From the NCBI GenBank assembly GCA_951406725.2, contig OX597837.1:7626001-7690000 (forward strand): a DNA stretch of 64,000 nucleotides, written 5' to 3'. A program made the position numbers and the translations under genes. Of this stretch, positions 1 to 12,866 are shown piece after piece (positions within the stretch are counted from its first letter, which is position 1; every line of letters begins with the position of its first letter). Below the pieces are notes generated by a model that saw only the letters and a list, made by a program, of their open reading frames with translations, had not been told where the DNA came from and searched no databases. Source of the DNA: Octopus vulgaris. Taxonomy: Eukaryota.

Positions 1-165
1 GAGATGAAATCATCGCAGATAGAGATTTTTGGAGTGACCCCGCAGCCGACACTCTGGAGCAGGAGTGAAGAACAGCTCTTTCGAGAGGTTACACTTTCCG
101 CTTATGATGTTGTGGGCAAGAATGAGATCACCACGGCGTCATTGTTTTTCTAGAGAATAATCTGA
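1..165 (-). mobile_element. CR1/L2-group LINE ORF2 C-terminal remnant (continues off the window edge)
   Basis: Minus strand translates YSLEKQ*RRGDLILAHNIISGKCNLSKELFFTPAPECRLRGHSKNLYLR*FHL, matching the SLE.RR.RGDLI...RGH..KL tail of CR1-type ORF2; two in-frame stops. Confidence 0.8.
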
Positions 166-413
166 AGGCCAGAAGGATTAAGTAAAAGGAAAGGTTTGTG
201 GGTTGGAGATAAAAGAACAGCCCTGGGTATGTGTTCCTGCCTCAATAAGCCTCATAAGCATGACAAATGTCCAATTTTATTGCCAGTAGCCAAAAGGACA
301 ACTTGCCCTATACATAAACCCCACACAGAATGTAGAGGATGTCCTAGAAGTAGCAGTGAAATATGTTTAACAACTGTAGAACCTGACAGACTTACAGAAA
401 CACATCTGGAAGC

Positions 414-462
<49 letters not shown>

Positions 463-844
463 AGCCACACAGACAGGAGGTGGGGATAGATAAGCAGTGA
501 GGAATTGAGAAAGCTATAAAAAATAAACAGGAGGTGGGTAGCCCCCACCCTCACCAAGACAAAAGTTTTAGAGTTTTGGAGAGAGAGGGTGGGAGGTAGC
601 CGAGATACAGAGGCGGAGAGAAGGAGACAGAAGGAGAGGCGCAACAGGAGGAAAACAGAGAGGGTAAGACAGTGAAAGCAGGAGAGAGAGAGAGAGAGTG
701 AGAGAGAGAAAAGGAAAGGGATAGAGAGACAGAGAGAGGGGGGCAAAAGGAAGCTTGCTGGAATAGCTGAAATTTGATCTTATCAAGATTTTGTTTTCAT
801 TGCCCACTCTTCTCTCTACAAACTTTTTTCTCTCAAAGTGTGTG

Positions 845-851
845 CGTATAT

Positions 852-904
<53 letters not shown>

Positions 905-948
905 CATATATATATACATACTTTGTACAAAAAGATACCCCTTATATA

Positions 949-984
<36 letters not shown>

Positions 985-1235
985 CATATATATATACATA
1001 CTTTGTACAAAAAAATACCCCCCTTATATATATATGTATATATATATATATATATATACATACTTTGTACAAAAAGATATCCCTCTTATACATACAAGGG
1101 GTAGCTTGAGGTCGACTTTGCCTTTCATCCTTTTGGGGTCGATAAATTAAGTACCAGTTTCGCACTGGGGATCGATGTAATCCCTTTGATTGTCCTTGTT
1201 TGTCCTCTCTGTTTAGCCCCTTGTGGGTAGTAAAG

Positions 1236-1290
<55 letters not shown>
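845..1290 (+). repeat. (TA)n tract with three copies of CATACTTTGTACAAAAAGATACCCC plus a SINE family-2 3' fragment (1105-1240)
   Basis: Short unit recurs at about 917, 997 and 1059 between TA runs; followed by GAGGTCGACTTTGCCTTTCATCC...CCCCTTGTGGGTAGTAAAGAAATA. Confidence 0.75.
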
Positions 1291-1940
1291 CTCCCTTACA
1301 CACAGTAAATCTCTTTCTCTTATATTCTTTCCCACACATTCACACACACTCTCCCTCTCTCTCTCCCTCTCCCTCTCTCTCTCCCTCTCTCTTTCATTAT
1401 GTCTCCTTCTTACTGTATCTTTTTTACTATATCTCTCTCTCATACACACTACATACCTCTCTCTCTCTCTCTCTCTTATACTATCCCTCTCTTTCAAACA
1501 TCACATCTCTCTTTTATATGATCTCTCTATCTCTATTATACAATGTCTCCCCTTCTCTCTCTCTGTATCACTCTTTCTCATTCTGTCCTCTCTCCTCCCC
1601 TTATCACTGTATCACTCTTTTTCTCCTCCTCACACTGCACCTCTTATACGATCCTTCTCTCTCAATTTCTCTCCCTCTCTCTCTCATCACAGTTATCTCT
1701 GCCTTTCTACCTCTTCCGCCTCTCTGCCATTCCTCAGCCTCCTCTTCCTTGGTGCCATGTGGACCAAATTTCTCACTGCTCCAAGAACACACGTCAAAAT
1801 CTGAAGTACTTGTGCTGCTGCTACAGACTTGGCAGTCAGGAAGATTTGGGGTGGGTGGATGGATGGGGTAGGTGGGAGGAGGTGAGAAGAGCAGAGAAGA
1901 CCAAGGGTGGAAGCTGGCAATACAAAACCTTCCACATCCC

Positions 1941-1977
<37 letters not shown>

Positions 1978-2579
1978 CACACATATATACACACACATAC
2001 ACATATATACACACATATATATCTGTGTGTGTAGGGTCCAAGGCAGCCCCTAAGAGTAGTGACATGATATGATGTGAGGGATGCAGATAATACATGTGAT
2101 GGTGGAAATGGGGTTAATAAGGGCTACAAGTGGGGTGGGGGGCAGGGTGAGTAATGTTAGTAGTAGTAGTAGTAGTGGTCATAGTTTGGTAACTGGAAAT
2201 AGATGGTCTGCTACACTACCCCTGTCATTTAGTTCTAAGTTATTCCACCCACCCATCCCGCTGCCTACATACCAGATCAAGCAGACCTATGGTAAAAAAA
2301 AAGACAATCAAGCCCCATGGCCATCCCATCTGAGTCCTATGCGCAGAGAACCCTAGAACCATTTTTTTTCCCCCCGTTTTAGTCAGTAAGGTGCGTGATT
2401 TGAGGGAGACATGACTGCTATTTCTAGCAAATGAAGCAGTCACACAGAGGCTTCATTATTGGTTTGAAGTAGAGAGAGTGGTTGTGGTGTTTACAGCAGT
2501 GCTTAGAAGGAAGGTGTGTAGTGTATGATCATTGCATTGACCAAGATAAAGTCGCCACAGTGATACCTGCTTACAGGCC

Positions 2580-3505
2580 TTGTCGAAACAAAACTCTGGA
2601 AGAAAATCAAAACTTTCAGATAGGGACCATTGGACTCTTACGCAAATTGTTAGAAAGAATCACATAAGTACAGCTCCCAAAATTACTCCAGGGCTTAATG
2701 ACAACCTCGAGAACCCAGTTTCCACAAAAACTGTTCACCGGGAGCTGCACAAAGCCAGATTTCACATAAGGGCTGCAATCAGAAAACCACAAATTTCAAA
2801 ACCAAACGTTGCAAAGCATTTAGAGTGGAGTAAAAACCTACAGAATTGGTCCCTAGAATGTTATTTTCTCAGAAAAGTCATCCTTTACCTTATTTCTAAT
2901 CACCGGCCAAGTATATGTGTAGAGACAGCAAAAAGAAACATTTGACCCAGACTGCCTTCTTCCAGCTGTTAAACATGGAGAAGGATCTGTGATGATCTGG
3001 GGGATATTTATCTTGGAAATCCACCGGCCCAATGGTTTCCTTCCATGGCAGAATTAATAGTCAAGACTACTTAAGCATTTTATCTGATCAAATTCATCCT
3101 ATGGTTACGGAACTGTTTCTGGAGGGAAACGCAATCTTTCAGGATGATAATGCACCAATTCACACAGCTAAAGTTGTTACTGAATGGCACAAGGAACGTT
3201 CTAGCAAAGTTGAACATCTTATCTGGCCACCACAGTTCCCAGATCTCAATATTACTGAACATCTATGGTGCATTTTAGAAAAACAAATAAGGAGTCAATA
3301 TCCTCCACCATCATCCCTACAAGTACTGGAGACTTGTTTTAGCTGAAGAATGGACAAAAATTCTACTGGAAACAATTCAAACTTTGTACAAATCCATACC
3401 TTGTAGAATTCAAGCTGTAATTACTGCTAAAGGTGGTCCTATCTCATATTAAAATAAATTTGTTTGAAATTTTAAGGTATTACCATTATTTTGTCCAACC
3501 CCTCT
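2580..3505 (+). mobile_element. Tc1-like transposon remnant: frameshifted transposase, DD36E spacing, right TIR present
   Basis: ORFs 2580-2945 (SGRKSKLSDRD...VSTKTVHRELHK HTH region) and 3032-3346 (FQDDNAPIHTAK...WPPQFPDLNITEHLW); VKHGEGSVMIWG in the intervening frame; C-terminus IQAVITAKGGPISY* with stop at 3450-3452; terminal CCATTATTTTGTCCAACCCCT at about 3483-3503. Confidence 0.9.
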
Positions 3506-3681
3506 ATTCAGCAGAAGCAACAGAGTGACTCAAAGTTTGAGAGAACAAATGTTTGATAAATGTCAATGGACGAAACTCTCAGACTCTCAGTCACTCTGTT
3601 ACTTCTGTTAAACATTAATAAAAATATACATACATTCATATTTTGAGTTCTATTTTTCCTGTTTGCATCACCATACGTGTG

Positions 3682-3728
<47 letters not shown>

Positions 3729-3738
3729 TATGTATGTA

Positions 3739-3788
<50 letters not shown>

Positions 3789-3963
3789 TGCAGATATGGC
3801 TGTGTAGTAAGAAATCTGCTTCTCTTCTCAACCACATATATATATAATTGAAAATTATAGGAAATCAAAAGACATGTGTATAAACAACAAGCAGGTGTAC
3901 CAGTTTGACACTCAGGAAAGTGAGAAAGTCTTTTACATTTCAAGCCTATGCTCTTCAACAGTC

Positions 3964-4008
<45 letters not shown>

Positions 4009-4094
4009 AAACTCTTGGAGTTAGTGGTCAATCATATATATGTACAAACATATATGATATATATATATATATATGATATATATATGAGTGTGTT

Positions 4095-4275
4095 TAAAAG
4101 AGGAAAAAGAAAATGGAGATTGGGAAGTTAATAATTGATTGTTATTAACAGTAAATTAACCATCTTCACTCAACTGCTGTATTAATTGAAACAGCTGTTA
4201 GTGAAGATGGTTAATTTACTGTTAATAATAAACAATTATTAACTTCCAAATCTCCATTTTCTCTTTCCTCTTTTA
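4095..4275. repeat. Foldback palindrome, probably inverted Penelope-like pseudo-LTR fragments
   Basis: Arms AAAAGAGGAAAAAGAAAATGGAGATTGGGAAGTTAATAATTG and ACAATTATTAACTTCCAAATCTCCATTTTCTCTTTCCTCTTTT; the centre carries the hammerhead 3' half GAAACAGCTGTT. Confidence 0.7.
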
Positions 4276-4346
4276 TATGAATATAAGCTGTATGTTTTTA
4301 TATTTATACATATTATTTTAAGGAAATTTATTCCCTAAATATACTA

Positions 4347-6110
4347 GGCGTAGGAGTGGCTGTGTGGGAAGTAGCTTGCCAAAGAACCACATGGTTCCGG
4401 GTTCAGTCCCACTGCATGGCACCTTATGTAAGTGTCTTCTACTATAGCCTCGGGCCGACCAAAACCCTTGTGAATGGATTTGGTAGACGGAAACTGAAAG
4501 AAACCTGTTGTATATGTGACCGTGTGTGTATCGCTGGCGATTTTTTTCCCTCCATCTTCCCTTCCTTAGATCTTTCCTTTTTCTATGTTTCTGATGAAGA
4601 GCTCGGATCTTTTCATTTCCAAGGCCTGTTTTTTCAGATTTTTCCTACTTAACCAAACAATTTGAAACTTTGTATACTGGTAGAATGTGTCAAAAGAAAA
4701 CATAATTGTAAACCAGAATGAAAACGGAATTGTAATTTCAAAGTTTAACGTTGTTTAATAATTAGAATTTTAACCAATGGTATTCGGTCTTTCGGCTTCA
4801 TATTATTTACTCTGTCTCAATAGACGTAAACGGTTATTTTGCTGATGTATTTAACATACATGAAATGTAAACACCCGGTTACCGTATTCCTTCAGTTTCT
4901 ATTCACATTTTTTTTTTATATATTAACTAACTTATATATTAAACTTATATATTATATAACTAACTTAGTTTTTGTAAATTTTCGTATATTTTTTGTGATT
5001 TTTATTCCCTACTTTATTCGTGTAACTTTTATTTCTGTAACTTTTTATCTTTGGCAATCTTTCGTATGTGTGTGTATGTATGTGTGTGTGTATGTATGTA
5101 TGGCCGATTCAGTGTTTACATTATTTCGAGTTAAAACGAAAGATTACCTTTGCTATGTAGAAAATAATGAGGTTGACTCAATGGAAGAATGAGAGTGATC
5201 GAAGATATAGACAAAATTTTTTTTGGTAATCTTTCGTTTTAACTCGAAATAATGTAAACACTGAATTGGCCATACATACATACACACACACATACATACA
5301 CACATACATAGATACATACACACACACACATACATACATGCATACATACATATACACATACACCGAGTAAAAAATTTCAGTTATCTCTCTCTTTCACACA
5401 TTACTCTCTCTGTCTCTTCACACACACTAACAGAAGTACTTCACTTACAAAACATACTTTCTGTCTCCCACACCCCATCAAACACACACACGCACACAAA
5501 ACAACAGACCTACGCACAGCTGTCTACGTCACACTAAGATAATGCAGTTAATTATTTCAAATGAAAACAAACAATACGATTGGTTAAAATTCGCAGATTT
5601 AATCTATCCTTAAAGTTATAAAATACATTTTTCTCAAATAAACAAGTTGAATCTAGTGTTTTCTTTTGAGACACTCTACCAGTATACGAAGTTTCAAATT
5701 ATTTAGTTAACTAGAAAAATCTGACAAAACAGGCCTTGGAAATGAAAAGATCCAAGAGCTCTGCTCGAAATGTTAAGTCCTCCTTTCTTTCCTTTCCTGA
5801 GCATCAAAAATACTATACTTGTTCCATGTCCTTGTGTTGTCATGTTTTCTCTCTGTGTTTTCATGTTTGGATTAACTATATATATATATATATATGTAAG
5901 TATGTGTGTGTGTCTGTGTTTGTCCCCCCAATATCGCTTGACAACCGATGCTGGTTGGTTTACGCCCCCGTAACTTAGCGGTTCGGCAAAAGAGACCGAT
6001 AGAATAAGTACTAGGCTTACAAAGAATAAGTCCTGGGGTCGATTTGCTCGACTAAAGGCGGTGCTCCAGCATGGCCGCAGTCAAATGACTGAAACAAGTA
6101 AAAGAGAGAG
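4347..6110 (+). mobile_element. tRNA-derived SINE family 1 (octopus OK-like) interrupted by a Penelope-like pseudo-LTR (about 4520-5880)
   Basis: Head GGCGTAGGAGTGGCTGTGTGG with B-box-like GGTTCAGTCCC; the body resumes at about 5900 and ends GGCCGCAGTCAAATGACTGAAACAAGTAAAAGAG. Confidence 0.8.
4605..5753. mobile_element. Non-autonomous DNA transposon with about 95-bp TIRs and an 8-bp TSD (Merlin/MULE-like ends)
   Basis: TIR GGATCTTTTCATTTCCAAGGCCTG / CAGGCCTTGGAAATGAAAAGATCC; TSD AAGAGCTC at 4597-4604 and 5754-5761; second internal inverted repeat at about 5085-5148 and 5225-5290. Confidence 0.85.
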
Positions 6111-6834
6111 GCACTAAACCAATATCTCCATGGATGAAACCATGAGGTGCTGGTGTTACATATAAAACACTACTGTGGTGTCATGTACAAAGCACTGGGG
6201 CCACATAAAAAGGCACCCAGTACACTCTGTAATGTGTTTGGCTTTAGGAAGGGCATCCAGTTGTAGAAACCACAACTAGAGGCTGGGGCAGTCCCTGGGC
6301 CTTGCCAGTTGATATCAAACCATGCAACCCATGCCAGCCTGGAAAGCAGTGGTTGATGAGGAGGATGATGACAGACAATGTCAGAAACATAAAAGATGGT
6401 GGGAGCTGGTGGGGTGAAGAGAGGGGGGGGGGGTAACAATAGTTTCTACATGTGTAAGGGTTTGTGAATTGGAAGGGCAACGTTACTGATAGACAATGAC
6501 AGAAATACAGAGACAGGTGGTGGTGGTGGTGGAAGCGGTGGGGACTAGCAGGAAGAGGGAGAGATTGAGGAAAAAGAGGAGGAAAGGGGAAACCCGGTGG
6601 AGGGGGGACCCAAGGGAGAGAAGAGGGAGAACGGAGGGGAGAGAGAGAGGGGGGTTGCAGCCAGAAACTAAAAACCCTGACTTAAATATGATGCTGTGGT
6701 GACACTTCCAACAAGTTGCTTTGACCCAAAAATGTGTAGAGGGGGAGGAGGAAGAGGAAAAAAGGAGGGGGGATGAGGATGGGGTGGCAAGTACGGAGGG
6801 GCGGGTATTGTGGTGGCGAGGGGAGAGGGTATGA

Positions 6835-7330
6835 TTGATGGTAGTGGTGGTGATTGTTGTTGTTGATGGTGGTAGTGGTGGTAGTATAGTGTGATGGTGG
6901 TGGTACTAGTGGTGGGTGTGGTGACAGTTACAGTGTGTGCTGATGGTGATGGTGGTGGTGAGGATTGGTGGTAGTGGTGGTTGTGGTGGTGATGATGATT
7001 GTTGTTTGTGGTGGTGGTGGTGGTGGTGGTGGTGGTGGTGGTGGTGATGGTGGTGGTGGTGGTGGTTGTTGTTAGTGGTGGTGGTTGTGGTGGTGGTGGT
7101 TGTGGTGGTGATGGTGGTGGTGGTGGTGGTAAAGGTTCATGGGATTATAGTAGCGCCCCCACCCCTGAATCAGAGTAGGTCAAGAGTAGAAGTAGTAGTT
7201 ATAAAGAATGTGACAGTAGCAGTGGTGGTGGTGGTAGTAGTAATAGTTACAGGGAGTGTGACGGTGTTGGTTTGTGGTAGTGGTGGTGATGATGATGATG
7301 GTGGCATTGGCGGTGGTGGTGGTTGTAAAG
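6835..7330. repeat. (GGT)n/(GAT)n degenerate microsatellite
   Basis: Direct reading; it accounts for the poly-V and poly-H ORFs. Confidence 0.9.
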
Positions 7331-7710
7331 GCTCAGGGGTGGTATGGTGCTGTAGGCTGTGAAGTGTAGTTTATCACAGCCAGACTTATTTGTCAGTGAA
7401 GCGTGAAGAATTTGTGTAAAGGAATATAGAGCAAACACCAACTGCTACTGCTGGTGCTACTGCTGCTACCCTACCACTACCACTAACATCACCTTCGCAA
7501 CCCTCTACTACCTAAGAAGGTGTTCTTTTACACAGTAGCTAGAACAATCAAAGAAACAACAGCCAAATCTCCCTCAAAACATACCCTATAGTCTTATGGA
7601 ACCTACCTACACACACACAGATCTTTTATTTTTTGCCTCCTCCTTATTCTATCACTCTCTTTTGCCAAACCGCTAAGTTATCAAGTGGTGGCTGGGATAC
7701 AAGCACAAAG

Positions 7711-7753
<43 letters not shown>

Positions 7754-8011
7754 GAGAGAGAGATAAATATGTCAGGCTTCTTTCAGTTTCCATCTACCAA
7801 ATCCACTCGCAAGGATTTGGTTGACCTGAGGCTATAATAGAAGATACTTGCCCAAGGTGCCTTGCAAAGGGGCTGAACCCAGAGCCATGTGGTTGGGAAG
7901 CAAGCTTCTTACCACACAGCCACGCCTACATATATACATATACATATATATATATATATATACATACATATATATATATTATCCAAAATATATAGAACTA
8001 AATATCCATCA

Positions 8012-8105
8012 CAGCTGGTCTTACCAATCGGTTTCGCATAATGAATGCAATGGAGTATTAGGTAACAAACCAATTATATAACTTTACACTCATCAGAGTT
8101 AGCTG
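8012..8105 (-). ncRNA. Type I hammerhead ribozyme motif, family B copy 1 (in a Penelope-like pseudo-LTR)
   Basis: Minus strand: cagctaact-CTGATGA-gtgtaaag..cattatgc-GAAA-ccgattgg-TA-agaccagctg; stems I-III pair; GUA cleavage triplet. Confidence 0.75.
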
Positions 8106-8242
8106 ATACAGAAGGGAATATATTTATATATATCTATATAGTTAATACAAATATGAAAACACAAAGAGAAAACACAACAACGCGAGGACGTGGAACAAGT
8201 ATAGTGTTATTGGACGCTCAGGAAAGGAAAGGAAGAAGGAGG

Positions 8243-8277
8243 ATTTAACGTTTCAAGCGGAGCTCTTCGTCAGAAAC
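8243..8277 (-). ncRNA. Minimal hammerhead ribozyme motif, family A
   Basis: Minus strand: gttt-CTGACGA-agagctccgctt-GAAA-cg-TT-aaat; palindromic ACGT stem III; lies in a pseudo-LTR-like repeat at about 8140-8360 inside TA repeats. Confidence 0.65.
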
Positions 8278-8489
8278 ATAGAAAAGGAAAGATCCAAGGA
8301 AGGGAAGACGGAGGAAAAAAAAAATCGCCAACGGTACACACGCAGTCACATTTTGAACATATATATATATATATATATATATATAGTGTGTGTGTGTGTG
8401 TGTGTGTGTTTGGGTTAAATTTGAAAATTTTTTGTATCTCTTTTTGCAGGAATAGCTTGAGGTATTGGTGAACAGACAACAGTGTTGGA

Positions 8490-9400
8490 GAGCATGAAGA
8501 TTATAAAAGAGTGACCTGCATCGTGATGATTCATGTTGGGTGTCAAAAGGCTGACATCATGATTGCTGCTTAATGTTCTGTGACCAGTGTAAAGGTTGTA
8601 AGATGTGGCATGGACAGCTGCAACAGAGATTATGAAGCCATGGTCAAAAGGAAGAGACACAGCAGGCATTTGTGGAGGCACATGGCCTAGTGGTTAGAGC
8701 AGCGAACTCGCGGTCGAGTGATCGCAGGTTCAAATCTCAGACCGGGCGATGTGCGTGTTTATGAGCGAAACACCAAAGCTCCATGCGGGTCCGGCAGAAG
8801 GTAATGGCAAAACTTCTGCTGACTCTTTTGCCACAACTTTCTTTCACTCTTTCCTCCTGCATTTTGCAGCTCACCTGCGATGGACTGGCGTCCCGTCCAG
8901 GTGGGGAACCTATATGCCAAAGAAATCAGGAAACCGGCCCTTATGAGCCATCATAGCTCAATAAGTAACAAACAACAACAGCAGGCATTTTGATTGCATC
9001 CACACAAGAATTCATCACCAGATCTTTTGAATAGGGGCTGAGGAGCAATTCAGCTTTCAATGGGAAACTGCCAGAAGACTGGAGACTGTGGTCAATCCCT
9101 ATCTGGAGAGGGTTTCTGCTAGAAGTCCATAAGTGTGACAGCAGACATCAGCTCTTTGCCATACCACCAGAAAGAGTCAGAAATGGTCAGAGGAGAATTT
9201 CCATGGCTTTGCTTGTCCCGGTTTCCAGCCTCCCAATGTTCCCCGCCTATAATGGTATATCCACTGGATTACTATGTAGAGGGCCATGGTTGAGAAAGAC
9301 ACCAACTACTCCACATGCAACATGAAGGCCCAGCTGTAAGCCAAGATCAAGGAACCACTTCAACACCGAAACCCTGCTAATTTGTTGCTTTCGTTCAGTG
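8490..9400 (+). mobile_element. Degenerate, internally deleted maT/DD37D-like (IS630-Tc1-mariner) transposase remnant
   Basis: N-terminal part KRVTCIVMIHVGCQKADIMIAA*CS...DYEAMVKRKRHSRHF|DCIHT; catalytic part ETVVNPYLERVSARSP*V*QQTSALCHTTRKSQKWSEENF..., then PLDYYVEG and VEKDTNYSTCNMKAQL in shifted frames; split by a SINE. Confidence 0.7.
8672..8977 (+). mobile_element. Full-length tRNA-derived SINE with a V-domain-like core, (AAC)n tail and 13-bp TSD
   Basis: A box TGGCCTAGTGG; B box GGTTCAAATC; CCTGCGATGGACTGGCGTCCCGTCCAGG; TSD ACAGCAGGCATTT at 8659-8671 and 8978-8990. Confidence 0.85.
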
Positions 9401-9748
9401 TGGATTATTAGAGAGTGGCAAGTGTGCCATGTGCCATACAAGCGTATGGCACGTATGATCCAATGATGCAAAGATGTCTTGTATGAGATGGTGTTCATCT
9501 GATCAGGTCAAGTAAGTACAACCACACACACGTGTTTGTGTGTGTATATTTTTTATATTTGTTTCAGTCATTTGACTGTGGCCACGCTGGAGCACCGCCT
9601 TTAGTGTTGACCGAATCGATCCCAGGACTTATTCTTTGTAAGACTAGTACTTATTCGATTGGTCTCTCTTGACGAACCGCTAAGTGACGGGGACGTAAAC
9701 ACACCAGCATCGGTTGTCAAGCGATGTCGGGGGGCGGGGAAACACAGA

Positions 9749-9782
<34 letters not shown>

Positions 9783-10329
9783 CACGCGAGAGAGAGAGAG
9801 AGGAGAGGGTAGATGACACAGATGTAGGGCCAGATAATCCCAAACTCACTGACTTTTGAAATACACACACATGCACACACACACACACACACACATTCTA
9901 CACACAAGGTGTATAACAGTCAGTAGCTTTGATGTATTACACACATACACATACACACCCAATAAACATGCGTGATTACACAGATACATTACAATATAAA
10001 CACACACTAACATACACATGTACAAAGACACACACACACACACACATACATACATGTTTACACACACATCCTAGCAGCAACTCACACATACAAGAACATA
10101 CACACACACAGAAGCAATTACACACACATATACATTACATACCAAGCTACTGCATGGTCATGACATTTGCTAGAAATAGTAGCTAAAACTCTTTCAATTC
10201 GCAAGAAAAAGGAAAAAAAAGAGTGAAAAAGAGCACATTGAATAATGTAGTCCTAGATATACAATTCCTGAATGCCACGTTGGGATGGTCATATATGAAG
10301 AGTGCCTCTCCTCATAAGCCCCCCTCCTT

Positions 10330-10990
10330 CCACCGCTATATCAACAACTAGAATATATACCACCATCATCATCATAACCACAACCATCATCATCACCAGT
10401 TCTATCACTACCACCACCACCATCACGTCCACCACCACCGCCACCACCATCACGTCCACCACCACCGCCACCACCACCACCACCACGAATATCACTGTCA
10501 CCAACCCCCACTGCCACCACTTCCATCACTAATCCTAATCACATCGTCACCAGCCCCCACCCCGCAACGTTAATACCATCTCCACCACTGCCGCTACCAC
10601 AACCACCACCACCAACAGCCTCCTCACCAGCCACCTCCCCAACATCCCCACCTCCACCACCACTACCCTCACCAATAACATCATCACAAGCCCCCACCAC
10701 CACCACCATCACCACTAGTTCCCCCCATCATCACCACCAGCTCAGCCACTACAACCATCACTGCCGCCACCACCACCACCACCATCACCACCAGCTTCAT
10801 CACTGCCACCAGTTCCCCCATCATCACCACCAGCTCAGCCACTACAACCATCGCTGCCACCACCGCCACCACCAGCCTCATCACTGCCACCACCATCACT
10901 AGTTCCCCCATCATCACCACCAACTCAACCACTACAACCATCACCACCGCCACCACCACCACTTACACACCACCACCATCAAACATTAAC
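10330..10990. repeat. (ACC/ATC)n tract with an internal higher-order repeat of about 95 bp
   Basis: AGTTCCCCCATCATCACCACCAGCTCAGCCACTACAACCATC recurs three times at about 10716, 10811 and 10901. Confidence 0.8.
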
Positions 10991-11237
10991 CATCAACAGG
11001 CTTCCACAGCATGAAATCCATACCAGACCCTTTACAATTTCTGCTCCTTCACACACACACACACATTACACCCTCGCCCCACCACCACCACCATCACCCC
11101 TATCACACTTCAAAAAAAAAATGTCTGGGAACTGTGTCATCCTACCAAAAAGTCTGCAACACTGACATGAGCCTAGAATGGTCTCCACGGGTGTGTGAGT
11201 ACATGTGTATGTGTGTGAAAGAGATTGTATGCACATA

Positions 11238-11273
<36 letters not shown>

Positions 11274-11545
11274 TATAAATGTGTGTGTATATGTGTGCAT
11301 AAGAAAATGTGATGACAATGGAAGAGACATGATGATCTGAACATTAGTTTTCAGCGGGAAGAACTCTAAGTTAATGGAATTCCAAAGATAATGGCTTTAT
11401 TCCTTTGTCATTTCATTTTCTTATTACTGCTCTGTACTCGACCAGCGCTTCATTCTGAAGAATACATATATTGAGTTCTACACCAGATTGTTAGTCTCGC
11501 AACACCTAACCAAACTAGTGGCAGAGGTTTGGCAGAACCATGATG

Positions 11546-11578
<33 letters not shown>

Positions 11579-11627
11579 TATATATATATATATATATGTC
11601 AAAATAAGCAACAAGAATGACTCCAGT

Positions 11628-11718
11628 AATTTGGTACAATTGTTTCACACTACATCATTTTATTAAATGTTGTAAGTATTACAACAGATTTAAGATGCTG
11701 AGTGCTCATCAGCCAATT
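11628..11718 (-). ncRNA. Type I hammerhead ribozyme motif with a long stem II
   Basis: Minus strand: aattgg-CTGATGA-gcact..tgttgtaa tac ttacaaca..agtgt-GAAA-caattg-TA-ccaaatt; canonical core; palindromic stem III ACAATTGT; embedded between (TA)n runs. Confidence 0.8.
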
Positions 11719-11835
11719 ATAGAGGTTTTCCCTTAATACAAAAGCTTTCGAATCAAGTAGCAACATTATAGAGAAGGTAGATATACAGACAAAGATGTAG
11801 ATTTAAATTTTAAGATTCAAATCTAAATTTTTGCA

Positions 11836-11869
<34 letters not shown>

Positions 11870-11870
<1 letters not shown>

Positions 11871-12278
11871 ATCATCATCATCATCGTTTAATGTCCACTT
11901 TCCATGCTAGCATAGGTTGGACGATTTGACTGAGGACTGGCAAACCAGATGACTGCACCAGGCTCCAATCTTGATCTGGCAGAGTTTCTACAGCTGGATG
12001 CCCTTCCTAACGCCAACCACTCCGCGAGTGTAGTGGGTGCTTTTTACGTGCCACCGGCACAGGGGCCAGTCAGGCGGTAGTGGCAACGACTTCGCTCAAA
12101 TCTTTTTACACGTGCCACCAGCACAGGTACCAGTGAAGCGACATTGGTAACGATCACGCTCGAATGGTGCCCTTTTATGTGCCACGGGTACGGAAGCCAG
12201 TTGGCTGCTCTGGCAATGATGACGCTCGGATTGGCACCCTACTAGCACATGCAAAAGTGCCAGTAAGGCGACGCTGGT
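11870..12278 (-). mobile_element. RTE-type LINE 3'UTR fragment with (GAT)n tail; related copies at about 6200-6370, 23300-23480, 28105-28245, 29610-29760, 35220-35580, 37697-38320, 46960-47170, 50700-51330 and 60520-60635
   Basis: Shared GGTTGGCGTTAGGAAGGGCATCCAGCTGTAGAAAC motif and GGACGTTAAACGATGATGATG-like end; the same UTR follows RTE coding sequence at 63120-63600. Confidence 0.75.
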
Positions 12279-12299
12279 ATATATATATATATATATATA

Positions 12300-12830
12300 A
12301 GAATTTTTGCATAATGAGATAAGAAAACCAAGGCTGTGTAGATATTAGAACATTTATAGATAGAAGGTCTTACAGCTGTTTCCAGGATATTTATTAATTA
12401 TATCCCTTCATCGGAGACGGTGTGAGAGGATGGTTAAGTAATAATTAATTTAGATAGGATACAAAATAGAGAGTGAGGTGGAGGAAAGAAAATAGATGTG
12501 AGATATGAAGGGATATTGAATTTGTAGATCCATTTTTTAGGCAGAAATGGTATATATGTAAGATTCCAATACCTTATGAGTAAAATCCAACAGTATTTAA
12601 AATTGGTCATTCCAAGTACAGAATTTATATATATATATATACATATTTCGTTCAATTTGAAAACTCCACTAGAATGGACGAAAGCGCTGATATATGATAT
12701 ATGATGTATAAAAACATTTAATATACAAATAAATATCTGTAAATATAAAACCATCCGAATTTCTGAGTACCTCATTTCTTCTAATATAAAATACCTGTAC
12801 ATCATCTCCAAACCTTCTAATATACATATT

Positions 12831-12866
<36 letters not shown>

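Noticed and set aside
8672-8750. tRNA gene (also at 16494, 24080-24151 and the family-1 heads)
   Set aside because: A and B boxes are present, but the cloverleaf is degenerate and runs straight into SINE body, tail and TSD.
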